Assembly (NCBI GenBank): GCA_024654025.1
Contig: JANLIR010000002.1
Span: forward strand, 21,885-85,884
Direction: 5' to 3'
DNA: 64,000 nt
Source: Candidatus Wolfebacteria bacterium
GTDB taxonomy: Bacteria > Patescibacteriota > Minisyncoccia > UBA6257 > UBA9933
In this document: piece after piece, positions 56,001-64,000 of the stretch
How the letters are laid out: each line of letters starts with the position of its first letter
How positions within the stretch are numbered: position 1 is the stretch's first letter
The notes under the pieces: model-generated
The model's database searches: none
Told to the model about the DNA's origin: nothing
What the model saw: only the letters and a program-made list of their open reading frames with translations
Made by a program: the position numbers and the translations under genes

Positions 56001-59000
56001 TTAGTTCAAGAAACTACTGGCTTGTCCGTTGATTGGCGTCGCAATTGACGGATCTATCGATGAAATATCGTTAACTCCATCATTCCAAGTAGCGGTCGAT
56101 ACCACAATCTGGTAAGACCTCGTAATTGGAGTAGTGGCATTTGATGCCAAGCTAGTTGCAGACCCTAAGTCGGCTTTCACGATCAAGTACAAGCTCTGTC
56201 CGGCAGGAACTGTCCAACCGGTTGTGCTATTCAACACAACTGACGTAGCAGTAGTAGATGACAATGTCGTAGAAGCGAGCAATGTCGACTGCCTATCGCT
56301 GCCATAAAGGCTGATAGTGACGATAGTCGAAGATTGCTGTAATGATCCTACCTGTTTCATTGTCACCGTCTTAATGATTGTGTCGTATCCAGCGCCAGCA
56401 GCAAAAGTAAACTGTCCAACAACTGAACCGTCCGCAAGACCGGCGGCTGCCGTAAATGTCGGGCCAGAAGCCACGCCCAAGGTAGTCCTATAAAGCGTTA
56501 CTGCCTGGCTGTCATAAGCAGCTGACGAAGTTGTGGAAGTAGAAAGAGCGATGCTGGTTGTGGTAGCTCCAGAAGCGTTGTTGTAAGTAAACTGCGCCAA
56601 TCTAAAGTTATGAGCAGCGCCTGAAGAAGCGGCTGCCGCAAAACCTACAGTATCGGCAACCACGCTCAATGACTTGTAAGAGCTGGCCGGTACAACAAAT
56701 CCTGTCAACGGGAAGCTGATTGCGCTACCAGCGCTTTCAGTACCATTAGACAATAAAGTTGCGCCGTCGTACAACTTGAAATTAGTCCAAGACCTATCCG
56801 TTGAAGTAGTGGTTGTTGCCGCGCTCTTCATATCGTTTATAGCGACATTAGTCAAAGCGCCGTCTCCACTGCTATTGGCGGTAAATCTGAACTTAGCCAC
56901 TGTAATACCATTTACTCCCATTCCGACAAACGCGGCATTCGGAGTAGCGGAATCAATAGCTCCGGTCACAGTACCACCCGTTGTTATGCTGACCGTTTGG
57001 CCAGCCACACCGGTAATACTAACTGCGTTTCCAACATTATTGGTCGCGTTAACGCTAGCCAAAGTAACCAACGAACCGCTGTTCGTGGTTGCGCTGTTAG
57101 AAATGTTTGAGTAAACATCAACAATCGCAATCGCGCCCGGCGCGATTGAAACAGCCGAGCCAGTATTGAAGGTGTAAGACGTATTGCTGGCAACAGTCGG
57201 TTGAGTATTGCCTGCTTGAACGCCGTTAACCTTAACCGTCAAAGCTGTCATCCAGTCGGAAAGCGTTCCGCTGGCAGTAGATGTTACGGTAACTCCTGTT
57301 AAACTAACACTGTTAACTTGACCCGCGGTCAAATTAAACGACGCGATTCTTGCCTGGCTTGCTCCAGCTGTAACTATCGGCGTACCCAAAGCATAGTTCA
57401 AAGACGATGCTAATTGAGTAGTGGAAAGCAACACCGACAAAGGATACCCGCTAACCGCTGAAACCGTAACTGTCGCGTAGCTGGTGTAGCTTTGCGCGGT
57501 ACCGCTGGCAATAGCTACTGTCATTGTTCCAGTCGCGCTAGAACCGACATCAGCGTAAACATTCAATGTTCTGGTTTGATTAGCAGAAATAATGTAATTC
57601 AAGCTGCCTGAGCCAATCGCAAATGTAGTGGCTCCGGTAGTTTGGGTTGTCCCAAGCTGAACGCCCTGATCATCAACAACTCTTACGTTGCTGTAGTTAT
57701 TGGCGCCGGCGCTCATTGTCATGTTCAACTGGTTTATCTTTACGCTGTCTCCGGAAGCCAATAAATCTAACTTGGCCAACACTTGGTTGGTGTTTCCAGC
57801 AACAACATTGGAAGCCGGCGAAGCAGCATTTCTGCTCATAACCAACCCTCCATTGTTAATGGTTGCGGTGTAGAAACTTATCGGCCAAGTGGCATACGTA
57901 GCTCCTATTCCTACGCTGTAAGTCGCGTCAGTAGCAGTAATATCAGCTGATTGCTGAAGTGAAAACGCGAAAGTTCTGTTAACTCCGCCAGTTATATCAA
58001 CATAAACCTGCAAAACAACAGTTTGCCCTGACGACAAAGACAACGGAGCGCTTGACAAATCAAATGTCAAAACATTGTCAGAGCCAAGCTGGGCAATAGC
58101 ATTGCCAACTTGAGTTCCTGCTTGCATCAATTTGATGTTTTGCAAGTAGCTCGGAGTAACGCTTCCGACATTAAGTAATCGCAAACTATTAACTTTAACC
58201 GGTTGATTGCCGACCTGTACCGTAAACTGGGCAGCCAAATAATTGGTCTGTCCGGCATTTACAGTAACAGCGCCTGTGCTGACCGCGGAAATCGTTAAAG
58301 TAGCGAGGTTGGTAACGCTTACCAAAGCAAACTGACTGCCGCTTACCGGGAGATTACCCGAAACAGCGCCTGTTCCGCTAAGAGTTACGTCAGCCGCAGC
58401 CGCGACGCCAAACGACATCACGTGGCTGGCGCTTGAAGTAGCGGTGGTCGCGTCCAAAGAAACAGTAATGGTCTTGGTTGTACCGGCAGGAACAATAAAG
58501 AGGCCATTAGCATTGTTAAAGTTAACTTTGCCAAGAGAAGTTCCCAAATTGGAAGCCAATCTGGTAACGCCGTCGTAAAGATACATATTGTTTATGTCCG
58601 CATCTTGCGACAAGCCGCTTCTTGTTATTTTTAAACCGGTAACCGTAACCGCAGCTGATCCGGCAGAGAAGTTAAGTTTCAAAACCGGAGTATTTACAGC
58701 GCCGATAGCCAAATTGGCTGACGCTGGATTATCAGAAGCTAAACTAACAGCAACCGCTCCAGTGACTGGAGTGGTGCCTGTGCCCGTTCCAGTGCCTGTG
58801 CCTGTTCCAGTTCCAGTGCCGGTTCCGGTTGAAGCCAAAGAGTTAATATAACTCCTTGTTATCGGACCGAAGTAACCGACAGCCGGAGAAATTGCGTTCG
58901 CTGCCTGATATTTCGCCACAGCGGCTTTGGTCCTGGATCCGAAATAAGTAGTTTCGTTTCCAACTGAACCAGCTCCGCTGGCGGAAACTGTAAATCCTTG

Positions 59001-59255
59001 AGCATTCAAGAATTGCTGAAGGGACTTAACATCTTCTCCAGTTGACCCCACAGTGAGGCTGCGGGTAAAGGAATAAGATGTCGTGCCCTGTACTTGCCCC
59101 AATTGCGCTTTTGCCGCGTTAAGCTGAGCCATAAGCGCTGCGATTTGGGCTTCCAAATCCGTAGTGCTAGTCTGAGCAAAAGCAACCGGCGCCATCATAT
59201 AGACAACGGTTGTTACGGAAACTGCAATGGACGCAAGTTTTCGTCCTATATTCAT
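56001..59255 (-). CDS. Giant (1084 aa) surface protein with four parts. (1) Signal peptide. (2) Coiled coil and a PG_binding_1 domain. (3) A (Gly-Thr)n linker. (4) Multiple Ig-like beta-sandwich repeats.
   Basis: N-terminal signal peptide; coiled coil DLEAQIAALMAQLNAAKAQL; PG-binding ...GEDVKSLQQFLNAQGF...TKAAVAKYQAANAI...; the linker is GTGTGTGTGTGTGTGTGT; the remainder is Thr/Ser/Ala/Val-rich. Confidence 0.6.
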   Translation of the reverse strand: MNIGRKLASIAVSVTTVVYMMAPVAFAQTSTTDLEAQIAALMAQLNAAKAQLGQVQGTTSYSFTRSLTVGSTGEDVKSLQQFLNAQGFTVSASGAGSVGNETTYFGSRTKAAVAKYQAANAISPAVGYFGPITRSYINSLASTGTGTGTGTGTGTGTGTGTTPVTGAVAVSLASDNPASANLAIGAVNTPVLKLNFSAGSAAVTVTGLKITRSGLSQDADINNMYLYDGVTRLASNLGTSLGKVNFNNANGLFIVPAGTTKTITVSLDATTATSSASHVMSFGVAAAADVTLSGTGAVSGNLPVSGSQFALVSVTNLATLTISAVSTGAVTVNAGQTNYLAAQFTVQVGNQPVKVNSLRLLNVGSVTPSYLQNIKLMQAGTQVGNAIAQLGSDNVLTFDLSSAPLSLSSGQTVVLQVYVDITGGVNRTFAFSLQQSADITATDATYSVGIGATYATWPISFYTATINNGGLVMSRNAASPASNVVAGNTNQVLAKLDLLASGDSVKINQLNMTMSAGANNYSNVRVVDDQGVQLGTTQTTGATTFAIGSGSLNYIISANQTRTLNVYADVGSSATGTMTVAIASGTAQSYTSYATVTVSAVSGYPLSVLLSTTQLASSLNYALGTPIVTAGASQARIASFNLTAGQVNSVSLTGVTVTSTASGTLSDWMTALTVKVNGVQAGNTQPTVASNTSYTFNTGSAVSIAPGAIAIVDVYSNISNSATTNSGSLVTLASVNATNNVGNAVSITGVAGQTVSITTGGTVTGAIDSATPNAAFVGMGVNGITVAKFRFTANSSGDGALTNVAINDMKSAATTTTSTDRSWTNFKLYDGATLLSNGTESAGSAISFPLTGFVVPASSYKSLSVVADTVGFAAAASSGAAHNFRLAQFTYNNASGATTTSIALSTSTTSSAAYDSQAVTLYRTTLGVASGPTFTAAAGLADGSVVGQFTFAAGAGYDTIIKTVTMKQVGSLQQSSTIVTISLYGSDRQSTLLASTTLSSTTATSVVLNSTTGWTVPAGQSLYLIVKADLGSATSLASNATTPITRSYQIVVSTATWNDGVNDISSIDPSIATPINGQASSFLN

Positions 59256-59788
59256 TTTTATGTTTTCGTTTTATGCCCGTTTTAAAAATAAAAGCTAAAA
59301 ATAAAAATTTTATTTTAAAAAGGGTTTTTTGTTTTTAATCTAAATTAATTTTCAGAAAAGCTATTGCCTTTCAATCGACCCACTGTCTGACCGTGTGAGG
59401 TTAGGCGGCAGTCTGACAAAACAATAACTCTGGTAGCTTGTTAATGAGGATTTATTAAAATAATTATAAAAAATCCTCGCGTGAGCGAGGCATCCATGCC
59501 GACTATGTCGGCAACCAAAATAACTTAAAAACTAAAATACTTAACGCTTCTTAATTTTACGTTTTTTAGTATTTTAGTATTTTCGTATTTTCGTAGCGCT
59601 TATAAAGCGCTGTGGTCTAGCCTCACTCTAAACCCCCTTTTCTTAATTCAATTATAAATCACTCCCAAATCTTGTCAATCTTACTTAACGGTCTTGACGG
59701 CTTTGATAGAGATAACGACATAAAATCATTGTTGTTTCAGCTCCCAAAGAAATATACTTGTCGTTGGTTGTGGGTTGTAAATTGTTAG

Positions 59789-60499
59789 TTATTTAGCCAC
59801 ATAATAACTGCCCGGACCAGTACTTCCGATTCTAGAAACCAAGCCCTGATCGCAAAGTCGCAAAAGATAAAATCTAACAGTTCTTTCGCTTATATCAGGA
59901 AAAGAGGCTAATAATTCTTTAGTGGTTGTTTTACCTAATTCTTGTACTTTTTTAAATAAACGATTTTGCCGATCTTCGTCGTCCTGAGGTTGCCGAAAGA
60001 TTGCCGAACTCTTTTCGCTCTTGTCCTGAGCTTGCCGAAGGATTGCCGAACTCCTCTCATCTTGCCGAACTATTGCCGAACTACTTGTGGTGAGCTTTGC
60101 CGAACTAACTTGTCCTGAGTTTATCGAAGGATTATTTATATCAAATAAAGGCGCTGGAACTTTTGCAAAAATTCTGTCTATTGCCGAACTTTTTTCTTTC
60201 TCTTGCCGAATTGCCGAATTCCATTGCCGAACTGCTTCTTTTAAATTATCTATTTCCCTAAAAAGTATAAAAGCGTTAATTTTGCCGATCTCTTCCACTA
60301 CTTCTGCCAAACGAATAAGTTGTTCCAATTTTTCCAAGTTATCCACAACTCCAAGATTGGCAATAATATCCACAGAGGCGTTTTCCAGCTCAATTTTAAG
60401 CTTTGGCTGTTTTATAATATTGGCGCACCTAAAAACCGCCCAAGCAATCTCGAAAGACCTATTTTTAATAAATTCCACATCCCCTGTGATCATAGCCAT
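59789..60499 (-). CDS. Putative DNA-binding protein: N-terminal helical domain, low-complexity 'SSAI' repeat linker, C-terminal winged helix
   Basis: The C-terminus TTKELLASFPDISERTVRFYLLRLCDQGLVSRIGSTGPGSYYV is DeoR/MarR-like wHTH. The central region is encoded by the TTGCCGAAC repeat array, so the ORF could alternatively be a read-through of a DNA-level repeat. Confidence 0.4.
   Translation of the reverse strand: MAMITGDVEFIKNRSFEIAWAVFRCANIIKQPKLKIELENASVDIIANLGVVDNLEKLEQLIRLAEVVEEIGKINAFILFREIDNLKEAVRQWNSAIRQEKEKSSAIDRIFAKVPAPLFDINNPSINSGQVSSAKLTTSSSAIVRQDERSSAILRQAQDKSEKSSAIFRQPQDDEDRQNRLFKKVQELGKTTTKELLASFPDISERTVRFYLLRLCDQGLVSRIGSTGPGSYYVAK
59990..60235. repeat. Second array of ~11 copies of TTGCCGAA(C/T), embedded within ORF 59789..60499
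   Basis: Counted directly; copies occur in all three reading frames relative to the ORF; TTGCCGATC variants lie at 59966 and 60273. Confidence 0.7.
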
Positions 60500-60585
60500 T
60501 ATTTAACAGGCAAATAATACTATGTCAATCCCTTTGTCGAACTTTTGACAAATTAAACAAAAACAATAGAATTAGATATTAAAAT

Positions 60586-60669
60586 GCCCGGGTGGCGGAA
60601 TTGGCAGACGCGCAGGACTCAAAATCCTGTAATCGCAAGGTTGTGTGGGTTCAACTCCCACCCCGGGCA
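60586..60669 (+). tRNA. tRNA-Leu (anticodon CAA)
   Basis: Acceptor stem GCCCGGG/CCCGGGC with discriminator A; anticodon stem CAGGA/TCCTG around loop CTCAAAA; long variable arm (class II); T-arm GTGGGTTCAACTCCCAC. Confidence 0.85.
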
Positions 60670-60732
60670 CAAAAAAAGGGAAGGCTTTCGCCTCCCCATT
60701 GACCGAATAGTTACCTCCGCCGCGCCGCATCC

Positions 60733-60957
60733 TTACGCTATCGCTTCCGCGCGAATAACTCGAAAATCCTTCGTTACAATCCCTTGAGGAGCGCACGCGA
60801 AGCAACCGTTAATCTCAAGAATCTCCATATTGCTTTTCATCTCTTCGGTTTTTTTCCATTCCGGAGTGCCTGGCTCACACAAAACGCTAAGCGTTTCGCC
60901 ATCACGGATTTTTCGGCTGCGACACTTCTTGCATTCAATCAGCCACGGCTTTGCCAT
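60733..60957 (-). CDS. Small zinc-ribbon-like protein (75 aa)
   Basis: MAKPWLIECKKCRSRK...GCFACAP has two CxxC pairs. Local GC is higher than average. Weak call. Confidence 0.3.
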   Translation of the reverse strand: MAKPWLIECKKCRSRKIRDGETLSVLCEPGTPEWKKTEEMKSNMEILEINGCFACAPQGIVTKDFRVIRAEAIA

Positions 60958-61151
60958 AGCCCACCTCCCCTTTGCGCCAAAGCGCAAAGAAATAAAGTGA
61001 TATTTTACCTCACGTCTTAATCCATATGAAATTTTATAAGAACAAAAAAACGGGCTCAAAACCCGCCTTCTTTTGACTTAGGGTGCGTTTTCTTGCTGAA
61101 AACAACCGTTCTTCCTAATCCATTCTTAAATTCTCTCAAATTATCTTCCAT

Positions 61152-61607
61152 TTAATCGAATTTAACTTTTATTTTTTTGGTTTTTGCCTTATTCAGTTTT
61201 GGCAAAACCACTTTTAATATTCCATTTTTTATAGAAGCGTTGGCCTTATCCGAATCAACTTCCTGAGGCAAAATAACGATTCTGGCGAATCTGCCCCAAT
61301 AGCATTCTTGATAAAGATAGTCGTCTTTTTTTATTTTTTCGTTCTTTTCCCTTGTTCCTTTTATTGTAACCGATTCCGGCGAAATTTCAATGTCTAATTC
61401 GTCGGCTTCAACGCCGGCAATAGCCGATTCCACAACTATAGAAGTGGGGGTTTGATAAACATCTATAGCCAATTGTCCTTCGGGTTCTTCAAAAATATCC
61501 GCCGGCGAACTTTCTTCGTCGTCGGCAACAACCAATTTTATTTCTTCTTCCTCATCGGTAGCGCCTTGAGCTAATTTTTCAAAAAATTTTTTGGTGTTTT
61601 CATTCAT
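61152..61607 (-). CDS. Hsp20/alpha-crystallin-family small heat-shock protein
   Basis: ...YQECYWGRFARIVILPQEVDSDKANASIKNGILKVVLPK is an alpha-crystallin-domain C-terminus. Confidence 0.8.
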   Translation of the reverse strand: MNENTKKFFEKLAQGATDEEEEIKLVVADDEESSPADIFEEPEGQLAIDVYQTPTSIVVESAIAGVEADELDIEISPESVTIKGTREKNEKIKKDDYLYQECYWGRFARIVILPQEVDSDKANASIKNGILKVVLPKLNKAKTKKIKVKFD

Positions 61608-61646
61608 ACGCTTACGCTAATTGGTATTGCATTGTTATTTATATTA

Positions 61647-62309
61647 TCACACTTTTTTCAATTTTTCAAAGTCGTAAAATACAAAAAAAGACACAAATAC
61701 TAAAATAATAATTGAGTACACAAGCCCGTCGGCTTTTAAAAAGATTATTAAATAATTAAATACAAAGTGCAGTAAAACAGCCGCCGCTAAACCTATTAAA
61801 ATATAAAAAAAAGCGTGTTTTTTAATAATTCCTCTTGCCCAATAATAACCGACTATCGCCGAACTAAAAGCGTGAAGCAGGGTTGCCCCCAAAAACCTAA
61901 AAATCATCAGATCAAAGCTCGCCAAGCCCCCCGCTCTTAAAGCCAAGGCGACATTTTCTACCGTAGCCAAACCCAGGGCGCCGGTTACCATATAAACCAT
62001 TGCGTCAACCGGCTCGTCAAAATATTTGCTCCTAAAAATAGTGAGGTAAACAAAAATAAATTTAAAAACCTCTTCAATGGCGACAAAAGTTACGACGTAG
62101 ATTGGGCTTTGCCCAAAAATTCCATTTCCTAAAAAATAACCCTTCAAATAATTTTGCAAAATAACCGCCAACAAAGCCGCTAAAAATCCGGTGAAAAAAA
62201 CAAAAAAAATAGTTTTTTTCGGCTCCGGATGCTCGTCTTCTTTAAGAAAGAAAATTAGCCAGGCTAACCCCGGAACCAATCCCAAAAAAACAGGAAGTAA
62301 AATTGTCAT
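61647..62309 (-). CDS. PrsW-like intramembrane protease-family membrane protein
   Basis: 220 aa with about 6 TM helices; motifs ...FLKEDEHPE..., AIEEVFKF and LLHAFSSA resemble the EExxK/FxxxE/HxxxN pattern. Confidence 0.4.
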   Translation of the reverse strand: MTILLPVFLGLVPGLAWLIFFLKEDEHPEPKKTIFFVFFTGFLAALLAVILQNYLKGYFLGNGIFGQSPIYVVTFVAIEEVFKFIFVYLTIFRSKYFDEPVDAMVYMVTGALGLATVENVALALRAGGLASFDLMIFRFLGATLLHAFSSAIVGYYWARGIIKKHAFFYILIGLAAAVLLHFVFNYLIIFLKADGLVYSIIILVFVSFFVFYDFEKLKKV

Positions 62310-63631
62310 ACTTCAAACCAGCCCTTAATAATATTTTCCTTCATTATTTCTTCCATTTTTTCCAGTCCGAAATATTCGGAAAATATCTTATTCCACATTG
62401 ATTCCTGATGATGATAAAGATATTTGGTTAGTGCTCTTTGCTGGACCAAAGACATTGAAGAATCTATCAAGTTAAAGCTGACCAGCACATCTATCCCCGC
62501 GTCGCTTTTGAAATAATCACCGACCCAGTTCAAGTCCTGCCAAAAATAAAGGTCTGATTCCAAATGATCGATATTTCTTCCGGCGCGTATAAGCAGTCGC
62601 TCCGCTTTGTCCCAATGAAGCGCTTCCGGATTAATATGCGGCGCAAACAAACGCCAATCATTTTCATCGTCTTTAGCCAGATACCTTTGTATAACCAGCC
62701 ACAGGGATTTTTCCGATTCCGTTATTTGCTTATCAACAACATCGCCTCTTAAAAGCGAAATGATATTTTTGGGAAAATCAGCATTAACGCTAAATCGTTT
62801 GAAAAGATCGCTGTAAAAAGAAATCTCATTAAAATAGTGGAGTAAAAGCCCGAAATTTCTTAAAACCTCTCCGGATATTTCCAGCGCTATCGGAATCACG
62901 TAAATTACGCCCAATTCTTTCAAATGGCTTACATTATGATATTTTTTCTTTATAAAACTCTCTGCCAAACGCGCCCATTTTTCCGGCAGAGCTTTGGTCA
63001 TAATTTCCCGCTCCTCGAAATCCTCCGCTTTCAAGCCTTCGTATTGTTTAAAAAATACTTCATTAAGCCAGTCCCCGCCTTCCACAAACCTTAAACTTGG
63101 AAATATTTCAAAAACATCTTCCTTGCTTATAAGTTCATTAACATCTCTATAGCCCAATAAATTAATCAATTTTTTAGGCGGCTCTTTAAGTAAAAATTCG
63201 ATGGCTTTTTCTTTTTTTAAAAAAAACCCTTTTGGCCTGCCAGCTGACTCTTTGGCCACCTCCAGCACTCTTTCCCAATCTTTGGAAACAGTAGCTTTGG
63301 GATCCCCAAGCGCTTTAGACAAGCTATCGTTGTCACGCTCTATTTTTTTTATGAGCGCGTTATAAATATCTTTGGCAAATTTAACATCCTTTAACCCCAA
63401 CGTTTCCAAACGATTCCTGATGGCGGTGCCGTTTTCCTCGACAATTTTTTCCATAATATTTTTCTTTCCGGTCGAAACGGAAAGTTTTTCTTCAAGAGCT
63501 TTAATAACGTCTTTGTCGGTCCTTAAAATTTTTGCTATTTTTTCGTAAGGGTACATGCCAATTGATAGTATCGCGAAGTCTTTAGACGAAGCATATATCG
63601 CGCCGAAGGCGCAAGTATCTATAAATATCAA
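62306..63631 (-). CDS. Hypothetical soluble protein, 441 aa, no recognisable domain
   Basis: Long uninterrupted ORF with typical codon composition; 4-nt overlap with the downstream PrsW-like gene. Confidence 0.4.
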   Translation of the reverse strand: MIFIDTCAFGAIYASSKDFAILSIGMYPYEKIAKILRTDKDVIKALEEKLSVSTGKKNIMEKIVEENGTAIRNRLETLGLKDVKFAKDIYNALIKKIERDNDSLSKALGDPKATVSKDWERVLEVAKESAGRPKGFFLKKEKAIEFLLKEPPKKLINLLGYRDVNELISKEDVFEIFPSLRFVEGGDWLNEVFFKQYEGLKAEDFEEREIMTKALPEKWARLAESFIKKKYHNVSHLKELGVIYVIPIALEISGEVLRNFGLLLHYFNEISFYSDLFKRFSVNADFPKNIISLLRGDVVDKQITESEKSLWLVIQRYLAKDDENDWRLFAPHINPEALHWDKAERLLIRAGRNIDHLESDLYFWQDLNWVGDYFKSDAGIDVLVSFNLIDSSMSLVQQRALTKYLYHHQESMWNKIFSEYFGLEKMEEIMKENIIKGWFEV

Positions 63632-63695
63632 CGAGGATACTTGTAGATAAAAATGGATATTTGCTCGCTAACGCTCGCGATATTAATTGTATTAT

Positions 63696-64000
63696 TTACT
63701 CGTGTTCGCTTTTAATTCTTCCTTCCAACGTTCTTAATTCCGAAAGTGCCTCGCGCGCTTGGTCTTTGTTCGGCGAAGCGCCATGCCACAAATAATTTTT
63801 TTCCATAAAGCTGACTCCCTTGCCGGCGATTGTATGCGCGATAACCACCGTCGGCTTTTCATAAATTGCCTTAGCTTCATAAAGCGCGGCCACCGACTCG
63901 GAAATATTATGGCCGTCAATTTCCAAAACATGCCAATTAAACGCCTCGTATTTGTCCCTAAGCGAATCAAGCGGCATAACTTCTTCCGTAAATCCGTCTA
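63696..64000 (-). CDS. Transketolase N-terminal subunit, C-terminal end only (the gene continues past the window edge); second paralog
   Basis: ...YEAFNWHVLEIDGHNISESVAALYEAKAIYEKPTVVIAHTIAGKGVSFMEKNYLWHGASP is the end of the ThDP-binding subunit. The frame stays open to position 64000. Confidence 0.65.
   Translation of the reverse strand, partial: DGFTEEVMPLDSLRDKYEAFNWHVLEIDGHNISESVAALYEAKAIYEKPTVVIAHTIAGKGVSFMEKNYLWHGASPNKDQAREALSELRTLEGRIKSEHE

Noticed and set aside
51118-57193. Multiple 60-160-aa ORFs on both strands inside the two giant surface-protein genes
   Set aside because: All are embedded within long, signal-peptide-bearing, domain-repeat ORFs whose Thr/Ala/Gly codon bias leaves alternative frames open; no independent evidence.
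60572-60805. ORFs 60572..60805 (-) and 60584..60787 (+)
   Set aside because: They overlap a well-formed tRNA-Leu(CAA) gene; spurious.

Overview
The window is 64 kb of low-GC sequence (roughly 35-40%) that is gene-dense and almost entirely encoded on the minus strand. The gene content points to a small-genome Candidate Phyla Radiation / Patescibacteria-type bacterium, but this is inference from the sequence alone.

The window divides into five parts:

- **1-8.7 kb.** A conserved translation/transcription cluster (tuf, rplQ, rpoA, rpsD, rpsK, rpsM, rpmJ, infA), then glycolysis genes gpmI and eno, then a SpoU/TrmH methyltransferase.
- **8.7-13.5 kb.** A 1409-aa secreted protein with an N-terminal zinc phospholipase-C-like domain, two lamin-tail domains and a coiled coil, followed by a small membrane-anchored partner.
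- **13.5-14.9 kb.** About 700 bp of unusual noncoding DNA carrying ~10 copies of the 9-mer TTGCCGAA(C/T). Next to it is a winged-helix + Cas2-fold gene bracketed by two 40-bp palindromes centred on GCGATCGC.
- **14.9-46.3 kb.** A thiol-redox trio (DsbA-like, NrdH-like, TrxB), then a ~29-kb glycan-biosynthesis island. The island holds:
  - a WbaP-like priming phosphotransferase, a Wzx flippase and several GT2/GT4-like transferases;
  - a complete GDP-D-glycero-D-manno-heptose pathway (GmhA/HddA/GmhB/HddC) and a second GHMP-kinase/nucleotidyltransferase branch;
  - a NeuB-like PEP-condensing synthase with a KdsC-type phosphatase and a CMP-sugar synthetase, which looks like a Kdn/nonulosonic-acid module;
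  - a Maf/DUF115-like transferase;
  - two B12-binding radical-SAM enzymes and two SAM methyltransferases;
  - a DegT aminotransferase, a split transketolase, a GDP-fucose-synthase-like reductase and a HIT protein.
  - The NeuB-like gene and one radical-SAM gene are markedly GC-richer (~53-55%) than their surroundings.
- **46.3-64 kb.** ndk, aspS (followed by a relic duplicate of its 3' end), and a Wzy_C/O-antigen-ligase-family membrane protein with a TPR tail. Directly downstream sit two giant Ser/Thr-rich surface proteins (1651 and 1084 aa) with peptidoglycan-binding domains. This arrangement suggests surface-protein O-glycosylation. The tail of the window holds a second TTGCCGAAC array, this one embedded inside a wHTH-protein ORF beside tRNA-Leu(CAA), then Hsp20, a PrsW-like protease, a 441-aa unknown and a second (partial) transketolase.

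No rRNA, CRISPR array or obvious transposase was seen.
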